Source: Laetmonice hystrix
Lineage: Eukaryota
Length of the DNA: 64,000 nt
Assembly: GCA_965235115.1 (NCBI GenBank)
Contig: OZ249436.1
Location: 39,992,001 to 40,056,000 of the forward strand
Reading direction: 5' to 3'
Each line of letters starts with the position of its first letter. The first letter of the stretch is position 1. Made by a program: the position numbers and the translations under genes. Shown in pieces: positions 13,919-26,032 of this stretch. A model generated the notes under the pieces. It had not been told where the DNA came from and did no database searches. It saw only the letters and a list, made by a program, of their open reading frames with translations.

Positions 13919-15650
13919 ATAATGGCCGGATGTACAGTGAGCTCAAAGAGGGATGATGTCCCACATCACATATGGTCACAATTCATGAACTGGGGTATCA
14001 AAAATGGGGGATTGTAACACATCTGACAAAGTTGTCCCATTCAAATCGAACTTTTACTCAGAAGAATAGGGCTACAACAACAAACTAGGTATAGAGTCTA
14101 TTCTGAAAGCTTATGATGTCACCTTTCTAATGATGTCACATTTATGCAACCAAGTTCTTGTGTTGTGAATGAAATGAGTACCTGGGGGATCGGAGGAGGC
14201 GGTCGGAGGAGGCGGTGCATTTTCAATACAGACTTCAATGTGTGGTTCTGTTATTAGCATATAGGTGTCTCTAGGTTTCCAAGAGGGTCAAAGAGAGGCC
14301 AGTAGAAGGAAGCTATTTTAGTAGTGGACAGATCTTACTACAGGTAAGAACAAATTGGCCTTCCAGTTCTACAATCTTGTCAACTAGTGATCGTGAGATT
14401 TTTAATCCCCTTGTTATGCTGCGCTTGTTGGTGTATTTAGATGTGTACATGGGAATGAGAACATTGGAACAGGCACGTGGGTGTTTAGTTTGCATTGTGA
14501 TCCCTATATATGAGGATTTTATGCATAAATAGTCATGAAGGGTATACAGCTGGGACTGCCAATGGACTACGAGTTAGGAGTAGTACAACGATTTTGATTT
14601 AGGATGGTCAAGTTTACATCAAAACGGAGTTGTCATAAGGTTTTATGAATTTGAACACTGAGGCTTCATAAAAAAAGGAATTCAATAGTTTGTTTACATC
14701 CTTTGTAAGGATTTATAGCAAGGATAAGAGTTCTAATAGGAAAATCTGACCAAAAATGAACATACAGAATTTCTTTAATCTCTTTCTGAGAGGGAGATCC
14801 CAGGATCCATTTTAGGTGACTGTGGTGCCGTAGGACACCAGGGCCCATGCATAAAACTACTTAAGTCTAAGTAATACACCTATGTATTGTACTCGAACAT
14901 GCCAAACAAAAGATAAGAGTTACAATTATTTAATAATTATTTATTATCTTAAGACATTTATTTTCTCATTGTTGGCTTTTATTCAACTTTACACAGTCAC
15001 GGATTGCCCGAGGGCTCTAAATATAAAAGCTGATCATTTCCATTGCATTTTTCATGATTTTCACCCACCTGATTTTCAAAGTTCTTTTTTGTAGTCATTT
15101 TGGTGTGGGACATCAAAACATCAGGTCTCACTTGAAAGAACATTTTCTTGTCTGCATTGTGCCACCAGTTTGGTAAAATTCGGTTGAAATAAAGGGAAGT
15201 TAGGCTTATTTTTGTCAAACCATGTCCGTTTTGAGAAAATCAATAAAAAAGGTTGGAGTCCCAATGCATTATCCCATTGATTACGGTAATTCAATTGTAC
15301 TTTATTCATTAACGGATGGAAATAATAAAGTCAGTCTATGTGCAATTAAGAGACCTTCATTTGTTTATTTCACAGGATGAATATTGAAAAATTGACCATT
15401 TTGACCCTGTTACACTTTTTGCCCCCAGTTCATGAATCACGACCATATACAGGAACATACTCCTGCAATCCTAAAGTGTCGTGCACGCCAAAGAGATGCT
15501 TTGCCAATGGTCAGGCGATGGTCATGCCACCTTATGCCACGTATTTTTGTAGTCATTAAAATGACAGATACTCACTCGCTAATTGCCAAAATTACTGATG
15601 TACAAAGTAATTGTTATCACTACGTTTCCTTTTATTGTTTTGTTTTGTAG

Positions 15651-15855
15651 AGCGTCATATTTCACGTCGAGGTCCATCCTGTTTTTTCTTGGTTTGCTCA
15701 GTGCGTGACGTTTGGCTTCTTCCCAACGGCTGCACACGAACTTGCCTACAACCTTTTCAATGTGTTCGCCATGTACCTGGCTCCCCTGGTCATTATCCTT
15801 GCCACCTACAGCCTCATCCTCTGCGAGATCTCGAGAAAGTCACGCGAGAATCGAC
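15651..15855 (+). CDS. GnRH/AKH-type receptor (class A GPCR), exon encoding ECL2-TM5-start of ICL3
   Basis: ttttgtag acceptor, gtaag donor; SVIFHVEVHPVFSWFAQCVTFGFFPTAAHELAYNLFNVFAMYLAPLVIILATYSLILCEISRKSRENR; IFHVE.HP...W..QCVTF is typical of AKH/GnRH receptors; phase 0 to 1. Confidence 0.95.
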
Positions 15856-16380
15856 GTAAGTCTACACCTTTTTACTTTAGCTATTTAGCGTAGCTTTACT
15901 TCAAGCTACGATAATGCTGTCGGCAAAGATAAACGTCGTGTTAATTTGGAATCAAATGCGTTATAACGGTTAATTCCATGATTAATTAATGTCCCTCTCA
16001 AGTCAGTGTCTGATATTTTTTCAATTAAGAACTTTTGCCTGAAGAGCTGAAGAGCACCTGTAAAACATTTCCCAGCTTCAAATATGATCGAGAGCTTAGT
16101 CATCAGTATGAGTATAACTGACGATCCACAGAATATAATTATATGGACCCCCTATATATTAGAGTGTCACAGGCAACAGTGGCGAATCGGAGGAGGGGGT
16201 AGGGGGTTAACCCCCTTGGCAACTGATTTTTCTTTTCCCATACTAGAACTTTCTGAATTAACCATGCTGAACCCCCAAAATCAAATTCTTCCCCTGAAGC
16301 CCCCTCAGAGCCATTATGGTTCCTACAGTTGTTCTGTGGATCCATGCTAGGGGATCGTCTAAGGGATCTTAGGCCTATGG

Positions 16381-16540
16381 TGTACGGATACACGCTGAGA
16401 CCCTCTCAAAGGCACGACGCCTCTCCCCCGTGCCGGCCATTTTGCACCTGATTGGATTATTTCCTATGCATGTTGTACAATGCGTCTTTTTTTATACATT
16501 CAATAATGATAGGTACCACATACATACACCTCCCCTCTCC
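16381..16540 (-). repeat. 3' LTR (16381-16528, TG...CA) and polypurine tract (16529-16540)
   Basis: Minus strand reads GGAGAGGGGAGG immediately followed by TG; similar to 21900-21947. Confidence 0.7.
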
Positions 16541-17229
16541 AACATGTGAGTAAAGTTGAAAAGGACATTTTGTCGAATGTCCTGTTTTTTCCATATTAGG
16601 CCAACTAGGTAAACGGTTAAAATGGTTAAACTTCAACAAGTATAATTTGTATAACTTGTTCCGAAGATAAACCTCAAAACTTTCTTCCTGTGAAACTTAA
16701 AACTGTCAAGCTGACAGACTGTTAAAAGAAACAGTTCAATGTTTTGCAGTACCAGTTCAATGTTTTGTTGTAGAGATCTTGCATCTTCCCACGTAAACGT
16801 CTTGTTAGTACTGAACTTTAAGGGTATAAACAAATCCCTAAATTCAATAACTAAAATTCTGCTGCTTTCCCAAATTACTGCTTCAGTCATGGAACTCTTG
16901 GCCTAATACTCAAAGGATCAGTTTGTTAGGTTTTCTGATGTGTCTCCCACTTCTAGTCCTGCGAGTGTCAGTAGCTTTCCACCAAACATGTAATGGTAGA
17001 CATTGTCCTTCCAATAAAGCAAATAGTGCGCACCAGGAAAACCATCAAAAGTACATGCCAGTGGAAGCAGCCCTTTCCACAACAAGAGTACCACAGTGGG
17101 AGGAACCAGCACCTGTTCCCATGAGAGCCAAAGCATGTAGCCTACCAACAGAATCACCACAGGACTTAAGCACTTCACTTTTGATGGTTTTCCTGGTGCG
17201 CACTATTTGCTTTATTACGTCTTAGGACT

Positions 17230-18100
17230 TGAGCCCCGGTGTCGACGACAGACGACCTTGGATTTTCGTGATGCTTCACTAGTGTGGCTGGATTCCATCA
17301 CAGAATATGTAGATTCTGTGATTCCATCCCCTGGATCCCGCTTCTGGGCGAATCCTCACAAATCCCCTGGCTGGAACGCCGGCAGTTGCTTGGCTGCAGG
17401 GTCATATCATTCTTTTTGCTTCTCCTTAATTTTCTTTAGGCCTATTCGCTTTTCAATTTTAACTGTGAGGTTTGATTAACGTATGGGTGGTGGGCAGGGT
17501 CGGTCTCAGTCTGAGAGACTGAAATACCTGTGTGGGGTGTTTTTAACAGCAGTGTGTTTAAAGTTGAAGTCTTCTACAAATGCGGCAAACTCTGCACTGG
17601 AGAACTGAGGTCCATTGTCTGTTGTTAGACGTTCTGGAATCCCTTGTCTGGAGAAGTGTTCCTTCAATCCATCTATGGTCTCAGGGTATGACATATCCTC
17701 CAGCGTCTTCATCTCAATGTACTTTGAGAAGTAATCTACACTTAGTATGTAGTTCTTTCCTTCAAAGTGGAATATGTCGGCTGCTACTTTCACACAGGGT
17801 AATTCTGGTGACTTCCTTGGCATAAGTGGCTCTTTAGGCTGATTTGGTGCATAGGCTAGGCAAGTTGAACAGTTGGAAACGTTGTCCCCAATTTATGCAC
17901 TCGTGCCAGGCAAGTATCCCTTGCTCTCTGTTTAGGTTTTACAATTCCCAAGTTAGTTTCATGGATTAACTCCAGCATATCTCCTATCATCGCCTGTGGA
18001 ACTACAATCCTCATTCCTCTGTATACGTTCATCATGCGTTTCCCAATAGGGTTTGATGTGGTGTCGCACTTCCTGTTTTGTGTCTGGCCATCCTGCCTGA
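17230..18100 (-). pseudogene. Gypsy integrase remnant
   Basis: MLELIHETNLGIVKPKQRAR (zinc-binding region), VAADIFHFEGKNYILSVDYFSKY...FSRQGIPERLTTDNGPQFSSAEF (rve core); frameshifts and stops. Confidence 0.92.
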
Positions 18101-18345
18101 ATCTGGCATACAACTCGTGCAGTTCATTGGCAGTTCTCCTCGGAAAATCGGCCGTAAATCAGTCTGTGTATCTGGGCCTTATGCACTGATCCTGTGGTGG
18201 CAGTAACTCAACTCTCTATATATTGGATCAATAACGTTGGTGCACGAAGAAATCCCACAGCGATTGCATCTTTCTCGTTCACCACTTTTGTAAGCCATAC
18301 CTCCCCAACATCATTTAGGTCTCGTGAACGCAAAGATGCTTAGAA

Positions 18346-18945
18346 GAAAAAGAAAAGAATACTACCAGAGAGTAAACCCGTTCGTAAGATACACCGAAGA
18401 AAAATTCAGATTACGGTATTGATTACCGAAAGAGAATGTGTCAAGAATTGCGGATGGCTTTGCCACGAGCCCGTTTGCAAAGGGTGCGAGCACAGCAAGA
18501 AGTGGAGGGATAACCCATGGAAAGCGGGCCATTAACACCCATATTGCCACACCTCTGTGACAGTGGTGTGAGGCATGCAGCAGTCTGGTGTCTATCATTA
18601 AAAACGATGCATTGTCCTGATGGGGAGTCCCACTGAATATGTTCTCTTGGAAAAAAGTCCATTAAGTTCCGGACATTGATGGGGGAGAATATATCAACCA
18701 TCATCTTGGTCATCATACATGAGTCCACTCGCGGTTCTCTCATCACAGGTGTGCTTGGCGATCTGGTACCTCGCGACCGGATCGTTCTACACCATTATTG
18801 GAGACACGCAAGGGTTGCACAAAAACAAGGTGTGCAGGGCCGTGAGGAATGTCACAGACTACCTGTACTTCATCTGCCGACATCATGTCAAGTTCCCCAA
18901 GGTACGGGCTGCACTACAAGAAGTTATCTGTATCTTATTCCACAA
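18346..18945 (+). pseudogene. Harbinger transposase fragment inserted in the Gypsy element
   Basis: RVNPFVRYTEEKFRLRY*LPKENV... then, after a cacag acceptor-like site, VCLAIWYLATGSFYTIIGDTQGLHKNKVCRAVRNVTDYL...VKFP; homologous to the remnant at 8818-9300. Confidence 0.85.
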
Positions 18946-19469
18946 TGATCCTACCTTGACTGGACACCGACCACATAAAATATTTGCATCCTCATTCGAC
19001 CACATTTGGATATCTGGAGTCGTCATGTTGTGATGAAAAAGGACAGGATAGAACTATTGCAATTATGACTGTTTATCGGCCACAAAATAGTAATGTACAG
19101 CGGATCCACTGAAAGTGCACAGACGACGTACTACTCTTTGGATTGGCTGAGTAGGCCTACACGTGCACTTGACCGACTGATACAGACATGGAGACTGTCA
19201 CCAATATTATTTATGTCTTTTGAGCAAAACTAGGCCGCCTACTACCTAGGGTTCATTGGGGTCACGATTCCAGGATTGTGTCATACGATGTTCAGTTAAA
19301 ATTACTCGTGTTTGCTTGTATTTTATCAAGTAGGCCTACTTCATATAGTTTAATGAGGAAACGTAGGCCTATCCACTTTCCGTCCATTATGCGGAATTAC
19401 CCCTCTATTCTGCTTCTGTACTTGTATTTCAGGTCCTGATTCCTCAGTAATCAATTACAACGCATTCGT

Positions 19470-20100
19470 ACCCCTTCAACTTAAGCAGCATGACCTGCAG
19501 TCTGAGAGGGGCTGACATCAATGGCTTTATCCAAATAGTTTCTAAGGGCTTGTGATCCGTCTGGATGGTAACTTCCTTCCCCACTATTCTCTGAATTTCT
19601 CCATGCTGAATACTAATGCGAGCATTTCCTTCTCTATAGGTGCCCAGTACAGTTCGGATTCTCGTAATTTGCGCGTGGCGTAGGCGACAGGCCTACCCTC
19701 CTTTAGAAGCATGACCCCAACCACACTTTTACTTTCGTCGCCCTGAATGCTGACTTCCTTCCTGAATCATAAAATGCCAATACTGGTGCTTGACAACACA
19801 GTTCTTTTAGTCTCTGGAAGGCATCCATCTGTGGCTTATCCCACTTGTCGCAGCACCTTGTCATGGTGCTTCACATTCTTCCCGGCTATCAGTACGTTAT
19901 CCATTACTGCCTGAGCATAATCGATGCCCTCAAGCATTTCATCCATAGTTCTCTGATACATCTCATGCCGACATGACTCGTAATCCGTGACCATTTGCAA
20001 AAATCCACTTTTGGCATCTAGTATGGAGAAGACGTTCCCCTCTGGTACCTTGCTCGCTATCTCTTTCACGGTTGGCATTGGGTAATGCTCCCTGTTCTGG
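19470..20100 (-). pseudogene. Gypsy reverse transcriptase / RNase H remnant
   Basis: FSILDAKSGFLQM, YQRTMDEMLEGI..AVMDNVLIAG (degenerate YxDD); RNase H GRPVAYATRKL..WAPIEKEMLALVF..TDHKPL. Confidence 0.9.
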
Positions 20101-20213
20101 AACAGGTCCTGAGCGACCAGATCCGTGGATGTTCTAGACAGCTAACCTTCAACAACAATGCAATGTTGTCTTTAAATGCTTTTAATCTTCTGGTTACGCC
20201 GAAGTTTACTCCA

Positions 20214-20682
20214 GGGCCCGGTTTCAGAAAGGTTAGCATGATCTTAACTTAAACTCTGCTTAGCCTTTTAGGACCCCTGATTGGCTGGTCCTCTGCTGCT
20301 CAGCTTCAACCAGCCAATCTGGGCCCGGTTTCACAATGACTGTAAGCAGCAAGCTTTAAGCTATAAGCAGAGGTACGGCAGCCCATAGGGACATAGACCG
20401 TTAGTGTATTTAACCTTCTGGATTGATTTCCATCGATATTTTCAGTGATAATAATTTAACCGTCGTGGTAATATTTTCACCGCAGTGGTATTTCCGCTGC
20501 CGTAAAAATATCCATGAAAATCTATTTGGAAAGTTTCAAACGTCTGTGTCCTCATGGGCCACCGTAGGCCTGCTTAACTTCAAGCTTGCTGCTTTGAGGC
20601 TTTCGGAAACCGCGGCCAGGGGTCCTAAAAGGCTAAGCAGAGCTTAAGTTAAGATCATGCTAACCTTTCTGAAACCGGTCCC
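20214..20682. mobile_element. Hairpin-like Harbinger-type MITE containing a second MITE (20322-20616)
   Basis: Outer arms of more than 60 bp, GGGCCCGGTTTCAGAAAGGTTAGCATGATCTTAACTTAA... and reverse complement; inner element GGCCCGGTTTC...GAAACCGCGGC flanked by CTG/CAG. Confidence 0.85.
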
Positions 20683-21089
20683 TAGTGCTACTCTGCATTT
20701 AGTCTTTTGTGTTCATTCCACTAACATTGGCTTACCGGGTATATGAATAAAAAAAAGTATTTGCTTTTACTGCAATATCTGCAGTATTTACTGCCATCAA
20801 TATGAGTAAAACTATAGTACTTACTTGTAGTAAAGAGTATTTACTATTAGTAAAAGTATTTACCATGTACAACTCAAGTAGGCATAATTACTGAATAAAT
20901 AGTAAGTACTTTAGTCGGTATGAATAATACGGAGTAATTACTTGGATCCTCCAAGTAAGCTCAAGTAAGTACTACAAACATTCAAGGTAGCTTCAGACCG
21001 ACCTACAAAGTGAAAGAGTGAAGACCAACGTTATGAGATGGCAGCCTTCATGCAAATCCAGCATCAGAGGAAGGTATTATGTTCATTCC

Positions 21090-21840
21090 ACTAAATTGAC
21101 TCATAGCTGTGTCCAACTGGCATTTAAGGTTGCTGTTGAGTAACTTGACAGTTTCCCATCATTCATCACCCTTATTGAGAGTATTGATCTCAGTGTGTTT
21201 TATGTGTAGAAGCTTGATGCTGTCTGCACCACTTTCACAATTCAGGTTATTATAGTCTTCTGCACTCACCGTCTTTGCCATTTTAGAATAACACACAATT
21301 CATGGCTTTACTGTTCTTCAAAAGTTTGTGTATGGCCACTTTGGTGTCCTCACCATCTATACCCCTCATGATTCGTGGATTCGTACGTCTTACCCATCTC
21401 GGCTGTTTGCTCAAGCGTTTCCCCCTTTTCCATGAGCTTTTCTGGTTCCTAGATATCAAGTTTCAGGTCGGTAAGAAAGTCATCGAACAACTGACTGGGA
21501 TTTTGACGTCGCTGTCAAATATCACTGCTGCCCTGACTGGGTTCTTCTTTGACTCCACGTAAGCTTGGAATCTGGAGGCTACACAATCCAGTATGTGTTT
21601 TTCACTGACAACGTTTGGTTCCTGCGCTGTCTTTATGCTGCTCGTGGCCCAGTGCAATGTTACAAACTTCTCCTTGCCTCTGCCTCTGCCTCCCTACGAA
21701 TGTCATTAGATGGCAGACGTTCTCGCTGTCCCTGTATTTGGACAGGGTCCCACCAAAGACGAACTCACAGTATTAGTAGAAGCGTTCCCATTCCTTCTCC
21801 AAGGCCATGAGTGTCCGGTTGCCAATCCTTCCACCATTTT
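21090..21840 (-). pseudogene. Gypsy gag / aspartic protease remnant
   Basis: DCVASRFQAYVESKKNPV (gag-like); WETVKLLNSNLKCQLDTA (protease LDTG-like); lies between PBS and RT. Confidence 0.6.
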
Positions 21841-21886
21841 CAGTAAAGTCACGACATAGAAGTATTTATTCAGTCTTGAATCCCAT

Positions 21887-21899
21887 ACTTCTGACACCA
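21887..21899 (-). other. Primer-binding site (tRNA-Leu type)
   Basis: Minus strand ...ACA|TGGTGTCAGAAGT(AT)GGGAT directly after the LTR end; a common Gypsy tRNA-Leu PBS. Confidence 0.8.
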
Positions 21900-22662
21900 T
21901 GTACGATACACGCAGTGGCGCTCTCAAGGGCACGATGTCCCTACCCCGGAAGAAAATACAAACGAAGTAAGGTTAAGGTTAGGATTAGAAATAGGATTAT
22001 GAATAACTTTTTAAATAATACAACATCACGAACTAGGAATGCAGGTCCGTCGGACCTGCATTTCAGGGGGACTTGGATTCCTGTCACATTCGTCTATTCC
22101 TCATTGCTCGCCATTCCTTGATGCTCTAAAAACTAAAAGTCTTATAGAATTTCCGTATAGAAAGGCATTTGCTTAAAAAAAGAAACGCAGATTTCATTAA
22201 CAACTAACATTTTATTATCTTCTTTAGATATACATTATAGATATAGATATTTCACGAAAATGACGTCACACAGAATCCCCTAGCTCGGGGAAAGTCAAAA
22301 GGAATATTGACTGGTCAATATAACTTTTTCCATGTATTATTAGTTCTTATCTGTGATCACGTGACAGGGAACTGACTAATCAGGACGGGAAAAGTGCAGC
22401 CATATAATAACAATATTTAGAACATTAAGGAATTATTGGCCTACAAACGAACGTATATCGTAGGCCTGTCATATCTTCAGTCGGTGGAAGATAGGTCCGC
22501 GCCATGTCCGAGGTATTATAATAACTGACTCCGATGTTTTCCGGGCATTGTCGAAGGATTTTCCTAATGAAGTCTATAATAGGTGGATGTGGCCCCTGGC
22601 ACAGAATCATCATTTTGTCGAATCGGAAGAACATTGCAATTAGTTATAATTTATGTTTGCAG

Positions 22663-22773
22663 AACAAATAAAAAACGGCAGAATTCCTCACCGAAGAACG
22701 GCCTTCAGACAGTCTGGCATCGGGCGCATAGAAAAAGCCAGGATTAGAACTCTGAAAATGACGATCGTTATAG
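22663..22773 (+). CDS. GnRH/AKH-type receptor exon, ICL3-start of TM6
   Basis: tttgcag acceptor, gtgatt donor; (Q)QIKNGRIPHRRTAFRQSGIGRIEKARIRTLKMTIVI; phase 1 to 1 matches both neighbours. Confidence 0.93.
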
Positions 22774-23124
22774 GTGATTATGCTACTTGTATTATAGGAA
22801 GAGCTTGAATGCGAAACATTATTAAAAATGAATAAGATAAAATTAAATATGCAGGAAGACTGGGAACTGGAATAGCTGTCTGGTGCACATCAATAGGAAT
22901 CTAATTCTGTTTAGAATGTCGTTTGAAGATTTCTTTTATCAAAGAACTTCTTTCTTATCACTGAGTTGGTGTGATGTTGTTTCTCTTTCTTTCATACATG
23001 TATCCAGAGTAGAATTAATTCAAATAAAATGTTTACGTTGGCGTTCTTTCCGGGGGTTCTTTCTAAAGCACGGATGATGACAGAGAGAATGAGTGGAGTA
23101 AGTATTAACATTCTTTCGTTTCAG

Positions 23125-23188
23125 TTCTCGTGTTTGTTTTGTGTTGGACACCTTATTTTGTCATCTCGGCCTGGTGGTGGATTGACGC
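23125..23188 (+). CDS. GnRH/AKH-type receptor exon, TM6
   Basis: tttcag acceptor, gtgagt donor; (V)LVFVLCWTPYFVISAWWWID(A) with the CWxPY motif; phase 1 to 2. Confidence 0.94.
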
Positions 23189-23373
23189 GTGAGTATATCA
23201 TTGAGATTTAGCCTGGAAATAGTTATATTCCATCCAAAATTATGACACTACGTGTACTAATGCTTCAGCAGTAATATTTATTCAGTGGCGTAATGGCACA
23301 TATACATTCGTAATCATAATCTCTCTGTTCAAGTCAAATCAAATACTCAGATTCGATACGTTTTATCCCGCAG

Positions 23374-23462
23374 GAAATCTGCTAATGGAATAGACCCAAA
23401 GATCCAGAGAGCACTGTTCATATTTGCCGTTTCCAATTCCTGCGTAAATCCCATTGTGTATG
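23374..23462 (+). CDS. GnRH/AKH-type receptor exon, ECL3-TM7
   Basis: cccgcag acceptor, gtaggt donor; KSANGIDPKIQRALFIFAVSNSCVNPIVY(G) with NPxxY; phase 2 to 1. Confidence 0.95.
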
Positions 23463-24318
23463 GTAGGTAATATTTTATTCACTTGAGTCTTTTAATATCG
23501 CGTTTCCATAACAACCAAAATGGTTATGGATACTTTAAAATGAAAGAAAGAAATCTTTGGTGGATGTATGTGGACCTGATGATATCCAATGCTTCAAAGA
23601 CCCAATCCACATGAATCTGATCTAAGGCGGATACCCTGTAACGGTCGACTGAAACTGTGACGACATTAAACCAGTGCGGCGATGTTGTTTGCATTGTCCG
23701 TAGATGGTTCCTCCAAATGTTTTATCATTATCGCCAAAGAAAATTAAACTAGGACTAGTGTCATACCACATGAAATTCTTACAGTTCACCATTAATTTGT
23801 CCTTGTGTTCTTCATGTGTTTACATGGAAATGCGCGTTTCGTCTGCGTGAAAGTCTTATCCTTCATTACCGCGTTCGTACTGAACTCAGGCGCGGATCCA
23901 GGGGCTGCCCCCCCCCTAGACCCCCAAGAGTGGCCGATCCCCGTTGTATACTTCAGGCCCTATTTACCATTAGAATTCCTAGGCCACCCATTTTGACTGT
24001 GCCCCCTAGCACACCCCTTCTGGATCCGAATTATAATATTGCCCGGAAATACTAGACCTAGTATAAACACACAACCTTTACTGTCTGTTGACGTAGTACT
24101 TCCTCGATCTCTTGCTTGTTTCTGAATGATAATTCTATGCCGCCCAAAACAGTCCAGATTTATGCACCTTTTCATCCAATGCAAATGTCTGATGAGTTTG
24201 AGACACAGTCGCCAATGATAAAATTTCAGTAACAGTAACAGGCAGGAAATATTCTTAAGGAATGCAAGGAAACTAAGTTTTACTAGTAAAATATACATCG
24301 GAATAAGTATACATTGTA

Positions 24319-24519
24319 CCTTAATCCCCCACTTACCTGTCCTATTCTCGAAGTGGCCAAAGGTTGTCTAAGTCCGAAGAGGTACTCCATTGGTCGTGGG
24401 TAACAACCGATAACAGAACAGTCAGGTCGTGTATCTCTCACATTTTGAATAGGACATGCTGTTTGAAATGTAAAAGTTTTATGCGCTAGGGAATAGGACA
24501 GGTAAGTGGGGGATTAAGG
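24319..24519. mobile_element. Tc1/mariner-type MITE with TA flanks
   Basis: TA-CCTTAATCCCCCACTTACCTGTCCTATTC ... GAATAGGACAGGTAAGTGGGGGATTAAGG-TA, perfect TIR. Confidence 0.85.
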
Positions 24520-25035
24520 TAGTTTCTATACTGTTCACCACCCTTTCAAGGGTATTTCAATTTCGATTTTCAGGTGTCGGTGCCAGTGGATAATTAAGAG
24601 ACACTCGGCAAAACATATTATTATAAAATGTTTCGTAGAACTTACATTCATTATATTGTAAACTCGGTATGTTGGCGTGCTTTTGTCAAGAGGATTACAA
24701 AGCACCTGAACGTAATGCCTGTGCAGTATCCCCTTTCAAGTACTATTATGATGTTGTCAGAATATTATATGTATTGTTTTGTGCTCATATTTCAAAGTTT
24801 CTTGTATCATTCGTACAGTTGGCAAGGGTACCTGATCAATATGGTAGAGAAATGACTGCATGTGACTGAATTGACTGATTAACAAGTTCCTTTTTTGTTC
24901 TGTGGTTATGGCATTTACTAGATCAGTCCAAGATCAAATTCTTCAGTCGATGACAATTTTGTATTGGAACAAGGGCTGCGGACATTGAAAACAATACCCT
25001 GGGTGGCAGAGAGTTATTGCTGATTATAGAGTTAA

Positions 25036-25563
25036 AGGGGCATATTATGAGGAAACGTTAAAAATCGGTATTTCATAGAACTTTTGCTGTTTTCATAAAA
25101 AGATCCTTCATTAAAATTGCTTAGTAAACAAAGACAGACTTATCAGTTTCATTTTGCGTGAGAAATCGAAGTTTATTAAGCTCCCTTGCCCGCTTCTCTG
25201 CCGATTTCGTAAAATATTTTTTGGGTGGCATTCTGATGCCGGGCGATCGAGTGCTACTGCTGAATTGTTTACAACTAAGCAAAACACGTGACTAAGCACA
25301 TGCAGAGCGTGCACACACAGGATGTGACAGAGTATGCAATTACACGGGTTGATGGGGGGTTGTCCACCAAATTATGGCGGGAGATGTGCTATCGGGAGAA
25401 ATCTATAGGTTTGGTCGTATAGAACCTACTTGTGCTGCAAACGCAGCGAAAACACGTCGGAGGACAAAATGCTGTGGTAGGATTATTTACTTGGATCCCT
25501 AGTACACGGTCATGTTGGATAATTGCCGGAAATCCTCAAAAACGTGTTTCATAGCATGCCCCT
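25036..25563. mobile_element. Kolobok-like non-autonomous element (TTAA TSD)
   Basis: TTAA-AGGGGCATATTATGA ... TCATAGCATGCCCCT-TTAA; purine termini plus TTAA duplication. Confidence 0.75.
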
Positions 25564-25606
25564 TTAAGGACAATACGGTTTGTTAAGGGAACGTTTTCTT
25601 TTCCAG

Positions 25607-25764
25607 GGCTGTTTACTACGATCATTCAAAGAGAGCTCAAGATTTGTTGCTGTTGGTTCAGAAAGGCCTTAACCCCATGCGATGACACTCACCCAAGACG
25701 TCCGCGCCACACAAAAGAACATCTGCCTCATCACCTACCAATGGCTTTACTGCAGGACAAGTAG
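25607..25764 (+). CDS. GnRH/AKH-type receptor candidate last exon A (short C-tail)
   Basis: ttttcttttccag acceptor, phase 1 completes Gly; (G)LFTTIIQRELKICCCWFRKALTPCDDTHPRRPRHTKEHLPHHLPMALLQDK*. Confidence 0.82.
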
Positions 25765-25798
25765 CAATGCTTAGCCTCGAAGTAACTGACATTTGGTC

Positions 25799-25804
25799 AA
25801 TAAA
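25799..25804 (+). terminator. Candidate polyadenylation signal for exon A
   Basis: AATAAA about 35 nt after the exon A stop codon and upstream of the exon B acceptor. Confidence 0.5.
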
Positions 25805-26032
25805 ATGCACTCAGGGATATCGCGTTCCAAATTGCGTTGGGAAGTGTCTTTGGAAGGAGGGGCCGGACGCCCCAAACTGTGTTGTGCTCTCGAGGAACAA
25901 ACTTGTTACGTCGGCTAAGACGTTCTCATTTCTGACACCATATCGTGAGAGGTACCCGGTCTCTGTCTTACTAATCTTGCATTGTTACGTCATAATACAG
26001 GGGATGATGCCAAATTTGTGTTTTATTTCCAG

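Larger units (their letters stand above)
16381..21947 (-). mobile_element. Decayed Ty3/Gypsy LTR retrotransposon, antisense in a receptor intron, with later insertions
   Basis: On the minus strand in Gypsy order: partial 5' LTR (21900-21947), PBS, gag-protease, RT, RNase H, integrase, PPT, 3' LTR (16381-16528); LTR copies align (TGTACG(G)ATACACGC...CTCTCAA.GGCACGA). Confidence 0.85.

Noticed and set aside
1..15650. Upstream receptor exons (TM1-TM4, DRY motif)
   Set aside because: Checked candidate acceptors and donors (for example near 11966, 14343, 15375); none gave GPCR-like sequence in the needed phase, though a small exon could have been missed by eye
20710..21100. Direct repeat TGTTCATTCCACTAA at about 20710 and 21080 as a long TSD
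   Set aside because: Similarity extends imperfectly past the core and no element hallmarks match its boundaries; more likely a small local duplication
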